From positions 73,946-137,945 of the forward strand of contig JAQBWH010000001.1 of the NCBI GenBank assembly GCA_027624625.1: a DNA stretch of 64,000 nt, written 5' to 3'. This document shows, piece by piece, positions 22,084 to 31,522 of the stretch (its first letter is position 1; each line of letters begins with the position of its first letter). The position numbers and the translations under genes are program-made. The notes below the pieces were generated by a model. It had not been told where the DNA came from, did no database searches, and saw nothing but the letters and a program-made list of their open reading frames with translations. The DNA comes from Verrucomicrobiota bacterium. Lineage in GTDB: Bacteria; Verrucomicrobiota; Verrucomicrobiia; Chthoniobacterales; JACTMZ01.

Positions 22084-22737
22084 TCAGCCTTCGGCCAGGG
22101 AGGCGAGGAGTTCGGGGGTGACCTCCGCAAGGCCGGGCACGGCTGCATTGGCTGCCCCGAGGGTGTCGAGCGGGTTGGTCGTGGCCACCGCCACGACCGG
22201 CATGCCGGCTCGCTGGGCGGCTTCGATGCCGACCAAGGCATCCTCGATGACGACACATTCGGCCGGGGCGAAACCAAGTTTTTCCGCGGCGAGGAGAAAG
22301 ATGGAGGGGTCCGGTTTGCCGTGCACGACGTCTTCGCCGGAAACGATCACGCGGAAAAAATCACGCAGGTTCATCAGGTCGAGGGGAAGATCCAGGTTGG
22401 CGCGTTCGGTCGACGATCCGATGGCGCAGGGGATCTCCCGGGCTCGGAGGGCCGCGAGGAGCTCGCGCACTCCGGGCAGCGGTTGCATGCCTTTTTCGCG
22501 CACGAGCGCGCGGTAGGTTTCTTCCTTTTCCCGGGCGAGCTCGGCCACTTCGCGGGGATCCCGGGTCCAACCGAGGTCGGGGATGATTACGTTGTTCTTC
22601 TTGCCGAAGCCACGCTTGAAGTGGTCGGGAGGAAGCGGGAGTCCGCGTCGAGCGGCGAGAATTTCCCAACTGCGCTCGTGGTGGCCCGAGGAGTCAACAA
22701 CGACCCCGTCCCAATCAAAGATGACGGCGGAGAGCAT
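22084..22737 (-). CDS. HAD-superfamily hydrolase (beta-phosphoglucomutase-like subfamily IA)
   Basis: Start [16 protein letters not shown] (DxDG motif I). GSS motif II. GKPDP and EDALVGIEAA motifs III/IV. Its ATG overlaps the ilvD stop by 1 nt. Confidence 0.85.
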   Translation of the reverse strand: MLSAVIFDWDGVVVDSSGHHERSWEILAARRGLPLPPDHFKRGFGKKNNVIIPDLGWTRDPREVAELAREKEETYRALVREKGMQPLPGVRELLAALRAREIPCAIGSSTERANLDLPLDLMNLRDFFRVIVSGEDVVHGKPDPSIFLLAAEKLGFAPAECVVIEDALVGIEAAQRAGMPVVAVATTNPLDTLGAANAAVPGLAEVTPELLASLAEG

Positions 22738-24446
22738 CAAAGCCCGGCATCGGTCACGGCCCCGGTCGAAGCGCTGGTGGCGCTGGCTGCGAATTTGGCC
22801 AGCACTCCGCGGCGGTAGCGCGGGGCGGGTTTTTTCCACTTGGCCTTGCGCCGTTTCATTTCGGCGGCCGGAATGTCGAGGGTGAGGCGGTGCTTGATCG
22901 CGTCGATTTCGATGGTGTCGCCGTTTTTGACCAAGGCAAGCGGCCCGCCATCGAAGGCTTCCGGAGTGATGTGGCCGACGACGAACCCGTGGGTGCCGCC
23001 GGAGAAACGTCCGTCGGTGACCAAGGCCACATCTTTGCCCAGGCCTTTGCCCATCACCGCGGAGGTGGGTCCGAGCATTTCGCGCATGCCGGGGCCGCCC
23101 TTGGGTCCCTCGTAGCGGATAACAATGACGTCACCCTTTTTCACCGAGCCTTTGAGGATGTTTTCGAGGGCGGCTTCTTCCGAGTCGAAGACCCGGGCTG
23201 TGCCGCGGAATTTTTCGCCTTCTTTGCCGGAAATTTTCGCCACGGCCCCGCCGGGTGCGAGGTTGCCGTAGAGGATGACGAGATGGCTGTCTTTCTTGAC
23301 CGGATCTTTGAGCGGCCGGATGACTTGCTGGCCTTTGGGGTAGGGTTGGAAAGGCGCGAGGTTCTGCTTGAGGGTCTTGCCGGTCACGGTGAGGCAGTCG
23401 CCGTGGAGCAGGCCGGCCGAGAGGAGTTGCTTCATGAGCGGAACGATGCCGCCGATGGCGACAAGTTCGGACATGAGATATTTGCCGCTTGGTTTGAGGT
23501 CGGCCAGCACCGGGACGCGGCGGCCGATCTTGGTGAAGTCGTCGATGTGCAATTTGACCTTGGCGGCGTGGGCCATGGCGAGGAGGTGGAGCACGGCATT
23601 GGTCGAACCGCCCAGCGCGATGATCAGGGTGATGGCATTTTCAAAGGACTCGCGGGTCAGAATGTCCGAGGGAACGATGCCCCGCTTGAGCAGGTTCACC
23701 ACCGCGGCGCCGGCGTCGCGCGCGTCGGTCTTCTTGTGCGCGGAGATGGCGACCTGCGCGGAGCTGTTGGGCAGGCTCATGCCCATGGCTTCGATCGCCG
23801 AGGCCATGGTGTTGGCCGTGTACATGCCGCCGCAAGATCCGGCGCCGGGAATGGCGCAGGATTCGATCTTCTGCAGTTGTTTGTCGTTGATCGTGCCGGC
23901 TGCGCGTTGGCCCACAGCCTCGAACACGGAGACCACGTCGAGGTTTTTGCCGTTGAGGCAGCCGGGAAGAATGGTGCCGCCGTAGACAAAGACCGCGGGG
24001 CGGTTGAGGCGGGAGATGGCCAGCATGCAGCCGGGCATGTTTTTATCGCATCCGCCGATGGCAACAAAGCCGTCGAAGCCTTCGCAACCGATGACCGTTT
24101 CGATCGAGTCGGCAATCACTTCGCGCGAGACGAGCGAGTATTTCATCCCCTCGGTCCCCATGGAAATGCCGTCCGAAATGGTGATGGTGTTGAAGATGGT
24201 GGCTTTGCCTCCGGCCGCGTTGGCCCCACCGGCAGCTTCGCGGGCGAGCACGTCGAGGTGCATGTTGCAAGGGGTGACCATGCTCCAGGTGGAGGCGATG
24301 GCTACCTGCGGCTTGGCGAAATCTTTGGCCTGGAACCCGACCGCATAGAGCATGGCGCGGCTCGGAGCGCGTTCGGGTCCGTCAAGGACCTGCGAGGAAT
24401 AACGGCGAAGGGGTGATTTGTTGATGCGGGCGGATTTTTTGCTCAC
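22737..24446 (-). CDS. ilvD: Dihydroxy-acid dehydratase
   Basis: 569 aa with ILVD/EDD signature regions ([21 protein letters not shown]-type segment [14 protein letters not shown]). Confidence 0.95.
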   Translation of the reverse strand: MSKKSARINKSPLRRYSSQVLDGPERAPSRAMLYAVGFQAKDFAKPQVAIASTWSMVTPCNMHLDVLAREAAGGANAAGGKATIFNTITISDGISMGTEGMKYSLVSREVIADSIETVIGCEGFDGFVAIGGCDKNMPGCMLAISRLNRPAVFVYGGTILPGCLNGKNLDVVSVFEAVGQRAAGTINDKQLQKIESCAIPGAGSCGGMYTANTMASAIEAMGMSLPNSSAQVAISAHKKTDARDAGAAVVNLLKRGIVPSDILTRESFENAITLIIALGGSTNAVLHLLAMAHAAKVKLHIDDFTKIGRRVPVLADLKPSGKYLMSELVAIGGIVPLMKQLLSAGLLHGDCLTVTGKTLKQNLAPFQPYPKGQQVIRPLKDPVKKDSHLVILYGNLAPGGAVAKISGKEGEKFRGTARVFDSEEAALENILKGSVKKGDVIVIRYEGPKGGPGMREMLGPTSAVMGKGLGKDVALVTDGRFSGGTHGFVVGHITPEAFDGGPLALVKNGDTIEIDAIKHRLTLDIPAAEMKRRKAKWKKPAPRYRRGVLAKFAASATSASTGAVTDAGL

Positions 24447-24493
24447 CCCGCGAAATTACATCGCGCCGGGCCGCGCGTTAAGCAGAAATCGGT

Positions 24494-26449
24494 TCAGCGT
24501 GCCCCGGGCGAGGAACGAATCAAGGCGATTTCCTCCTCGAGTTCGCTCCGTTGTTTCGCGCTCAAGCTCGGGGATTCCGCCGCGAGGCCCAGTTCCCGCA
24601 GGGCGGGGCGGGCCAGCCCTTGTTTGGCGTAGGATTGTCCGAGATAGAGCCGGTAAAATCCGGTGTCCCCGCCGCGCGCGGCGGTGAGGGCGACAAGGCG
24701 CTCGAGCAGTTCCGCTTCGGTCTGGAAGGCGCGGGCCGCATTGGCGGCGCGGGCGGCGAGCCACAGCGTGCCGGTGTCGCCGGGAGCCAAGGCGGCGGCT
24801 TTTTGCGCGGCGGCGTAGGCGTTGTCAGTCAGTCCGGCATGCAGGCATGCCTCGGCGCGCACCTCCCAGGCGAGGGGGAGCGACGGGTCGAGGTCCACGG
24901 CCCGCAAGCTTTCTGCCAGTGCGCCACGCACGTCGCCGAGCGAGACCAAGGTGCGGGCCCGGACCGCAGCCGCGGGCGCGGAGAGGTCTGAGTTGCGCAC
25001 CGCCGTTGCGGACAGTTCCCCCGACTCGGGAAGCGCGTTGGCGGCCAGCGCGGAGAGGGCGGCGTTGGCGAGGAAGGCGGAACGGTTGGCCCCGCCCCAC
25101 ATTTCGCGCGCCAGTTGTTGGGCCGGCTCGGTGGCGAATTCTGCGCCTTGCCGGGCACGGAGAAAAAGCACGCCCGCCGCATCTACGGCTGTCAATCGCC
25201 AGTCGGGAGATTCCCCGAGGTGGCGGGCGAGGGCTGCGTAGTCGGACTTCTCGCCGAGGAGCCAGACCGCGTCAAAGCGGGTTTGGCGGTCGCGGGCGCG
25301 CCAGAGGGAAGGTTCGCGTCCGAGCGGCTTTCCGTCGCCGGCATCGACCGAAGCGGGGAGCGGGCCGGCCAGGCGGGCCAAGGGCAAGCCACCCGGGTTG
25401 ATATAGACGAGCCCTTCAGCCGGGAGAGAAGGGCGGGTCAGTGTCGGTTGGATCGCGGCCGGGGTCATGGCCAAAGCATACCAGCGCGGCGCCGCCTCCA
25501 GCGCGGGGGACACGACGAGTCCGGCCACGGCAAGAATTACCGCGCCCTGCACCCACCAACGGAAAGCGAAACCGGTGTGCCGCCATTGGTCGACGGCCGC
25601 CGGCCAAGCGGGAATAAGCCAGAGGGCGAAGGGCCAGAGGAGAGCGGTTTGACCGAAGGCCGCAACGATCAGCAGCAAGGTAGGGGCAAGAACCGCGCCC
25701 TTGGAGTTGTGGCGCCACGCATCGGCTGCGGCGAAGGCGAGGATGGCGAGGGCGGCGAGCAGGGCGAGTACGGCGGCGGCGGAGAGTCCGCTTTGCGGGG
25801 ACCAGAGGAGAAAAATATTCGCTTCCGACCAGACACCAAGGCCTCGCGGGGTGAATTGTGTCGCGGCGAGGGCGAGGACGATGACGCCCGGAGCCCAACG
25901 ACGAGGCAGTCGAGACCAGCCATCGATGGTGAAAGCGGCGGCGAGGAGGAGTCCGCCGGGTGAGAGCCAGACCGAAAGCCACGCGGCGAGGGGGAGGCTG
26001 AGGGCGACGAGGAGCGGCGAGCGATGAAAAGTCGCTGTGCGCCAGAGAGACAAGAGCAGGACAGCGAGACCGAATCCGCTCCAACCGCTGGCTGGTCCCG
26101 AGAGGACCGCGGCAAGCAGAGCAGGGACCAGCGGGCCGAGTCCGCGCCAGGCCCGGCCGTGGAGTGGCCAAAACCATGCGAGCACGGCCAACCAGGCGAC
26201 GAAGACGTGGAGGTTTTGCCAGGCGCGCGGACCGGCCAAGGCAAAGGCGGTGGTGGCTGGCGCGGCCAAGAGGGTGAGTGGATTCCAGAACGAGGGACCG
26301 GAGAGCAGCCAGAGACCGGACTCTTCGGCCGCTGCGGCGCTGATCGCATCGGGGCCACGCAGGGCGATTAGCGCGCCGAGGACAAACAAGGCGCAAACGG
26401 CGAGGGCGACAAGGCGGCGCCAGTTGCTGCGGTTCTCCTGCTCGGCCAT
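24494..26449 (-). CDS. Polytopic membrane protein with C-terminal TPR repeats
   Basis: Start taken at MAEQENRSNW. About 10 hydrophobic segments are followed by TPR-like Ala-rich repeats (AWEVRAEACLHAGLTDNAYAAAQKAAALAP...). Confidence 0.7.
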   Translation of the reverse strand: MAEQENRSNWRRLVALAVCALFVLGALIALRGPDAISAAAAEESGLWLLSGPSFWNPLTLLAAPATTAFALAGPRAWQNLHVFVAWLAVLAWFWPLHGRAWRGLGPLVPALLAAVLSGPASGWSGFGLAVLLLSLWRTATFHRSPLLVALSLPLAAWLSVWLSPGGLLLAAAFTIDGWSRLPRRWAPGVIVLALAATQFTPRGLGVWSEANIFLLWSPQSGLSAAAVLALLAALAILAFAAADAWRHNSKGAVLAPTLLLIVAAFGQTALLWPFALWLIPAWPAAVDQWRHTGFAFRWWVQGAVILAVAGLVVSPALEAAPRWYALAMTPAAIQPTLTRPSLPAEGLVYINPGGLPLARLAGPLPASVDAGDGKPLGREPSLWRARDRQTRFDAVWLLGEKSDYAALARHLGESPDWRLTAVDAAGVLFLRARQGAEFATEPAQQLAREMWGGANRSAFLANAALSALAANALPESGELSATAVRNSDLSAPAAAVRARTLVSLGDVRGALAESLRAVDLDPSLPLAWEVRAEACLHAGLTDNAYAAAQKAAALAPGDTGTLWLAARAANAARAFQTEAELLERLVALTAARGGDTGFYRLYLGQSYAKQGLARPALRELGLAAESPSLSAKQRSELEEEIALIRSSPGAR

Positions 26450-26556
26450 CGGGTCTGGATCATTCGGACGGGGCGCGGGCTTGGCAAGGAGAAGCGGGTG
26501 GGTTGATCGGCCTTCGGTGCCTTGCATCACGCCACGGGCGCGATAAGTTCTCGTCC

Positions 26557-27087
26557 ATGCACGGTTATTCATTCACTTTGGTTCTCATGCTTTCATTTCT
26601 CGGCCTGACCCGCGAGGCGGACGCCTTGTCCGTGGGCGACGAGGCGCCGCGCGTCTCTTCACGTGACCAGAATGGCGCGGAAGTTCTGTTGGCGGACGTC
26701 TATAGCCGAGGCCCGACGCTCGTTTATTTTTATCCCAAGGCGGGAACGCCCGGTTGCACCGCGCAGGCCTGCTCCTTGCGCGATGCTTTTCCTGATTTTT
26801 CGGCCGATGGCATTCAAATTATCGGGGTGAGTGCGGATACGGTGGAGGCGCAAAAAAAATTCGCCGACGCGCAGCAGATCCCGTTCATTTTGTTGGCCGA
26901 CACGGACCTGTCGGTGACCAAGTCCTTCGGGGTCCCGACCATTCCCGTGCTCGGAGTGCCCAAGCGGCAGTCCTTTTTGGTCAAGGACGGCAAGATTGCT
27001 TGGATCGTGGAGAGTGCGAAGACCGGGGACCATGCCGCGGAAGTGCGGCAGGCGTTGCAGTCGCTTGGTACCGGGGAAAAATCTTGA
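26557..27087 (+). CDS. bcp: Secreted thiol peroxidase / peroxiredoxin, Bcp type
   Basis: Signal peptide (MHGYSFTLVLMLSFLGLTREADA), then the FYPKAGTPGCTAQAC peroxidatic-Cys motif. Confidence 0.85.
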   Translation: MHGYSFTLVLMLSFLGLTREADALSVGDEAPRVSSRDQNGAEVLLADVYSRGPTLVYFYPKAGTPGCTAQACSLRDAFPDFSADGIQIIGVSADTVEAQKKFADAQQIPFILLADTDLSVTKSFGVPTIPVLGVPKRQSFLVKDGKIAWIVESAKTGDHAAEVRQALQSLGTGEKS

Positions 27088-27128
27088 GCCTGCATCCGTG
27101 CGCGCTACAGTGCTCGTTCACCATGCGA

Positions 27129-27200
27129 GGGTTGGTAGCTCAATGGTAGAGCAGCGCCCTTTTAAGGCGTTGGTTGTGGGTTCGAGTCCCACCCGACCCA
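27129..27200 (+). tRNA. tRNA-Lys (anticodon TTT)
   Basis: Manual cloverleaf. Acceptor GGGTTGG/CCGACCC (one G-U pair), D-arm GCTC-AATGGTA-GAGC, anticodon stem GCGCC/GGCGT with loop CTTTTAA, T-arm GTGGG-TTCGAGT-CCCAC, discriminator A. 72 nt. Confidence 0.9.
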
Positions 27201-27347
27201 CTCGCTCTTCTGAACCTGTAAATCCTCGCGAACCGCCCGACTATTAGCTCCTCTGCTTCCAGCTTCCCTACTCATAGCAAGCTGGAGGTGGACGATTCCT
27301 AGCGGGTTTTAGGGCCCCATCCTCCCGCCTCTGGCAAGGGAGGCGTG

Positions 27348-28472
27348 TTACGGCTTCGCCTTAATCCGAATGAACGCTTTGCCAGGAGGTAGATTGCTTA
27401 AGGTCAAAGAGTGCGGGGCGTAAGTTGTCCAAGTCTGGAGATCTTCGCTCTTTTCAATGTCGTAGTTGAGGGTGAATGCTCCATTTGCATCTTTAGTAAG
27501 CACCAGTTCGCCTATCGCCATCGCTTGCATTTGGTTGGCCAGATAAAGCCCCACAACGGGAGAAACGGTTTCGGCAACATTAGGATTGGTCCCATAAGTA
27601 ATGCTTTCTTGGTAGTTAGTTAAACCATCCCCATCGTTATCCCCGACATCTTGAATGAAGTTGGCTCTTACAGCCTTATCGGTATCCATCGTCAATGTGA
27701 TCGAACTTGTTGTAGCTATGACGTCTCCGAACCAGTTACTAAACAAATAACCTGCATTCGGGGTAGCAGTTACTACAACGGATTCTCCAGCTTCATAAGT
27801 GTCTTTGTTAGGATCCGCTAATACAGTGCCTGTAGAGGTATCGCAGGTTGCTGTTAGCGTAGAAACAAAAATAACTTGCGACGCTGTTAGGCCAAAGGTT
27901 ATGTAAGTATCTGCGAAGCGGGTGGGCAGATAAACAGTCGCTAGGCTGGTGCAAGCAGTGAACGCATCACCCCCAATACTGATCACGCTGCTGGGGATAC
28001 TGATGCTGGTTAGGGAGTAGCATTCGACAAACGCTTGAACCCCAATACTGGTCACGTTGTTGGGGATGACCACGCCGGTTAGGGCGCTGCAACTACTGAA
28101 CGCCCAATCCCCAATACTGGTCACGCTTTCGGGCATGGTGATGCTGGCTAGGCTGGTGCAAGAAGTGAACGCATTTTGCCCAATTCTGGTCACGCTGTCG
28201 GGGATACTGATGCTGGTCACGGAGTTATTTTGTTTTCCATTGCCACTGCCAAAAATAGAAGGTTCATTGACCCCGCTGTCCAACCCCACCTGCTCCACCG
28301 AATACCCACCCAACACGCTTGGTATCGCCACCGCACCAGCTTCAGTTGAGGCTGTGATAGTCGCCACGCCATCCTCAACGATGTAAGTCCAATGCCCGTC
28401 GACTACTTCCTGCCCCATACTCCCCAGCGGGAATGCGGATAGAAGCAGAGCGGAGAGGACGAGCCTTTGCAT
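27348..28472 (-). CDS. Secreted BspA-type leucine-rich-repeat protein with an InlB-B-repeat-like segment and a calcium-binding DNDGDG motif
   Basis: Start MQRLVLSALLLSAFPLGSMG (signal peptide). About 5 tandem repeats of ~23 aa (IPxSVTSIGxxAFxxCxSLTSI). TATPNAGYLFSNWFGD. DNDGDGLTNYQE. GC is visibly lower than in the flanks. Confidence 0.8.
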   Translation of the reverse strand: MQRLVLSALLLSAFPLGSMGQEVVDGHWTYIVEDGVATITASTEAGAVAIPSVLGGYSVEQVGLDSGVNEPSIFGSGNGKQNNSVTSISIPDSVTRIGQNAFTSCTSLASITMPESVTSIGDWAFSSCSALTGVVIPNNVTSIGVQAFVECYSLTSISIPSSVISIGGDAFTACTSLATVYLPTRFADTYITFGLTASQVIFVSTLTATCDTSTGTVLADPNKDTYEAGESVVVTATPNAGYLFSNWFGDVIATTSSITLTMDTDKAVRANFIQDVGDNDGDGLTNYQESITYGTNPNVAETVSPVVGLYLANQMQAMAIGELVLTKDANGAFTLNYDIEKSEDLQTWTTYAPHSLTLSNLPPGKAFIRIKAKP

Positions 28473-28492
28473 ATAGTTATCTAAGCACCTCC

Positions 28493-28855
28493 GGGACCAA
28501 TGCGGGCACGGCGGTTTACGATAGCGCTGCCACGAATCCGGCCATAGTGGACATCGTTGGAGGCTTAAGCCCGTATGGAACGATGGGCCAAGGCGGCAAC
28601 GTGTTTGAGTGGAACGAGAGTGCTTTTGACGGGTCAAACAGCTCGTCGTCCGAGGGTCGCGCGATCCGCGGTGGCGGCTGGAGCGACGCCGAGGGCGAGT
28701 TGCGCTCCTCGGCCCGGAACTTCGGCGTCCCGTCGAGCGAGAGCTTCAACATCGGTTTTCGTGTCGCGAGTGTCCCTGAACCCTCGACCTACGTGCTGGT
28801 GTTGATGGGAGCAGGAGCGTTGTATCTTTGGAAGCGCCGGAAGAGTTCCCTTTGA
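28493..28855 (+). pseudogene. 3' fragment of a PEP-CTERM FGE-sulfatase-domain gene (paralogue of 9276..10247)
   Basis: The translation GGLSPYGTMGQGGNVFEWNE...IRGGGW...GFRVASVPEPSTYVLVLMGAGALYLWKRRK aligns to the last ~120 aa of 9276..10247. The N-terminal two-thirds are absent and the LRR gene start abuts at 28472. Confidence 0.65.
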
Positions 28856-29046
28856 TCTTTGGCCCTTTGCCCTTTTCCTGTGGTGAGGTGGAAAGCCCGC
28901 CACAGGCCAACCTCGCGCAAAGATTTCGCATCCTTACAGGTGGGCAAGGCAACCTTTGATTTCGTTAGTGGACCCGCAGGGAAGCATCGGTCTGTTTCGG
29001 GCACTTGCGTCTTGGGTCGGCGGCAGCCTTCCTGACGGGGGGAGGG

Positions 29047-29418
29047 CTAATGCTGCGCATCAAACCACTTCATTCGCAGTGCATGGACATGACGCCTTAC
29101 GGCTTGGTTGGCTTTGATTGTCGGCAGGAAGTCGGGGTCATGCGCGATCTGTGCTGGTAGCTCGGAGAGGTCGCTGTCGAGTTCCAAACAAGCCGCGGCG
29201 TCATTCATCGCCTTGAGGATGCGGCTGCCGTAGTTCGGCCCAACGAAGCACGAGGCCGGAGTCGGTTCACGCCGGCGGTCTGACTTGCTGCGGATGTTGC
29301 GGGCATACCAATCAAGCGCGGCCTCGGCTAACCTTCGCGGGCAACCTCGAGCGACATGGGTGGCCCCCATCTGGCGACTACACCCGAACGCATGGCCTAT
29401 TTGTTTACGCGTTAACAT
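29047..29418 (-). CDS. Hypothetical protein, possible N-terminal helix-turn-helix (phage small-terminase/Nu1-like flavour)
   Basis: 123 aa. The N-terminus MLTRKQIGHAFGCSRQMGATHVARGCP resembles HTH DNA-binding leaders of phage proteins. This is a weak assignment. Confidence 0.35.
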   Translation of the reverse strand: MLTRKQIGHAFGCSRQMGATHVARGCPRRLAEAALDWYARNIRSKSDRRREPTPASCFVGPNYGSRILKAMNDAAACLELDSDLSELPAQIAHDPDFLPTIKANQAVRRHVHALRMKWFDAQH

Positions 29419-29518
29419 CGACTAAAGGGCTTGGCGCGGCGGGTGAAGTATGCGGCCTTCAGTCCCGCCAGATTCCACAGAAGCAATGAACAAGCCCCTG
29501 ACCGTTCTGAACATGAGT

Positions 29519-29802
29519 ATGGAAACCCGGGGTCTCTGGTCGCCACTGGCTCTTTACGTGATCGGAGCAACCTTGGTCGTGCGCATCGCGAGTGTGCGTC
29601 TCTGCCTGACCAAGATAGTTCCAGATGCCAGAGTGGGCGCATTGATCCGTGCATGGTGCCCAAAGGGCTTGCCGCGGCCGTGCTCGCTTCTGCCGTAAAA
29701 ATAGCACCGAATTTTCCGATGGCCGCCGCCATCTCCAACCTTCTTTATACCATCCTTATCTACAGCATCCTTGGCACGGTGATCGCGATCCTCGCGGTCG
29801 AA
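29519..29802 (+). pseudogene. C-terminal fragment of a cation:proton antiporter (CPA1-like), frameshifted
   Basis: Two adjacent frames read LALYVIGATLVVRIASVRLCL...RVGALIRAW and then VPKGLAAAVLASAV...LLYTILIYSILGTVIAILAVE. This is typical of the last TM helices of Na+/H+ exchangers. There is no N-terminal part. Confidence 0.35.
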
Positions 29803-30018
29803 GCGACTGGGAGGCGGTCGGGTCCTCTCCGGATGGCTCTATCCATCCGCGAGAGGGCGCCTCTGACAAGGCGACTTGAGGCCTTCGGGCCTCAGTACGG
29901 TGTTTTTCCCGTCCGGCTTTTAGTCCGGAGAGGGCATTTGCCATCCGGAAAATTGCTGGCCCGATCTTGGACGACGATCTTGGATTCGGCGCGTTTTTAG
30001 ATTAGAAATTAGATTCCA

Positions 30019-31113
30019 ATGGAAGCAACCAATCGTCGCACCGCGCTTTACGAGCAGCAGAAGTCCGCGGGGGCGCGCTGCATCAATTTCGGAGGTTGGG
30101 AAATGCCCGTGCAATTCACCTCAATCATGGACGAACATCATGCTGTGCGCACAGCCTGCGGCGTCTTCGATATTTCGCACATGGGCGAGGTTTTTGTCTT
30201 GGGTCCGCAGGCTCTCGACTGGCTACAGGGGATGCTGGCCGGCGACCTCTCGAAGTGCCCGGCGGACGGTGCCCAATACACCTTTCTCCTCAACGAGCGC
30301 GGAGGCGTGATCGACGACCTCATTGTTTACCGCATTGCAGACGACAATTTCCTTCTTTTGGTCAATGCGGCGAAAATCGCAGAAGATGTTGCCTGGTTGC
30401 AGCGGCACGTGATCGACGGCGTGACCATTGACAACCGCAGCGACACGATGAGCGCGCTTGCCGTGCAAGGGCCGGATGCCCCCCGTATTTTTCGCGAAGT
30501 CTTCCAGTGTGAAATGCCGGTGCGAAACACCTTCGTGGCCATGGAAAAGTGCCGCGGCGCGGTCATCGCCGCCGGCACCGGCTACACCGGAGAGATCGGC
30601 TTCGAGCTTTTTTTCTCCAATGCCTTGGCCGGCGATGTCTGGGGTGCTGTCCTTCAGGCGGGGGCAAAACCCTGTGGCCTTGGTGCCCGCGACACATTGC
30701 GCCTCGAGATGTGTTACCCGCTCAACGGCTCTGACCTCTCGCCGGGTCGCACTCCGCTCGAAGCCGGACTCGGAATGTTTGTCGCCTTGGACAAGAGGGA
30801 ATTTATGGGCCGCGATGCTCTGCTTGCCCAGAAAGCGGCTGGTCTTACATCCAAGTTGGTCGGCCTGCGCATGACCGAAAAGAGTCCCCCGCCCCGTGCC
30901 CACTATCCGGTGCTGGTTGATGGTCAGGTGGTCGGTGAGACAACCAGCGGCGTGCTCTCCCCCAGCCTTAATGAGGGCATTGCCATGGCTTACTTGCCGC
31001 TGGAGTTGGCTAAGCCCGGCCAGATCGTCCAGATTGATATTCGTGGCCGCTGGTTTGCTGCCGTTGTTGCCAAGAAGCCCTTTTATCGTCCATCCTCGCC
31101 GCGCCCAGCGTAA
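30019..31113 (+). CDS. gcvT: Glycine cleavage system aminomethyltransferase (T protein)
   Basis: 364 aa. RRTALYEQQKSAGARCINFGGWEMPVQF and FDISHMG are hallmark GcvT segments. Followed by gcvH and gcvP. Confidence 0.95.
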   Translation: MEATNRRTALYEQQKSAGARCINFGGWEMPVQFTSIMDEHHAVRTACGVFDISHMGEVFVLGPQALDWLQGMLAGDLSKCPADGAQYTFLLNERGGVIDDLIVYRIADDNFLLLVNAAKIAEDVAWLQRHVIDGVTIDNRSDTMSALAVQGPDAPRIFREVFQCEMPVRNTFVAMEKCRGAVIAAGTGYTGEIGFELFFSNALAGDVWGAVLQAGAKPCGLGARDTLRLEMCYPLNGSDLSPGRTPLEAGLGMFVALDKREFMGRDALLAQKAAGLTSKLVGLRMTEKSPPPRAHYPVLVDGQVVGETTSGVLSPSLNEGIAMAYLPLELAKPGQIVQIDIRGRWFAAVVAKKPFYRPSSPRPA

Positions 31114-31134
31114 TATTAGTCGCCGATCAGAACC

Positions 31135-31512
31135 ATGAACGTCCCTCAAGATTTGAAGTATGCCGAAACCCACGAGTGGATCCGCGTCGAAGGCGACACC
31201 GGAGTGGTGGGCATCACCGATCACGCCCAAAACGAACTGACCGACATCGTTTATGTCGACCCACCGAAATTAGGGGCCACCGTCACTGCCGGGCAGGCCG
31301 CCGCGGTGGTCGAGTCCGTCAAAGCCGCCAGCGACATTTATTCGCCGGTTGATGGCGAAGTCATTGAGCTCAACGATTCCCTTTCTTCGCAACCGGCCTT
31401 GGTTAATACCTCACCTTACGACAGCGGCTGGCTCTACAAGGTCCGCCTGACCAATCCGTTGCAGCTCGAGGCGCTCAAATCTCCCGACGACTACCGCGCA
31501 CAAATTGGCTGA
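31135..31512 (+). CDS. gcvH: Glycine cleavage system H protein (lipoyl carrier)
   Basis: 125 aa. YAETHEWI and the lipoyl-lysine motif VESVKAASD. Confidence 0.95.
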   Translation: MNVPQDLKYAETHEWIRVEGDTGVVGITDHAQNELTDIVYVDPPKLGATVTAGQAAAVVESVKAASDIYSPVDGEVIELNDSLSSQPALVNTSPYDSGWLYKVRLTNPLQLEALKSPDDYRAQIG

Positions 31513-31522
31513 CCGCCAAATC

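Noticed and set aside
21586-22818. 410-aa plus-strand ORF
   Set aside because: It is mostly antisense to the HAD hydrolase gene, whose DxDG/GKPDP motifs are clear. The composition looks non-coding.
22890-24416. 508-aa plus-strand ORF
   Set aside because: Antisense to ilvD. Shadow ORF.
26996-27247. 83-aa ORF
   Set aside because: It spans tRNA-Lys(UUU) at 27129..27200 and is a translation artefact of the tRNA.
27201-30018. Search for a direct repeat of the tRNA-Lys 3' end (att site) and for an integrase
   Set aside because: I found no copy of the TTCGAGTCCCACCCGACCCA segment and no integrase-like reading frame by eye. I therefore describe the region only as an eroded accessory patch, not as a defined integrative element.
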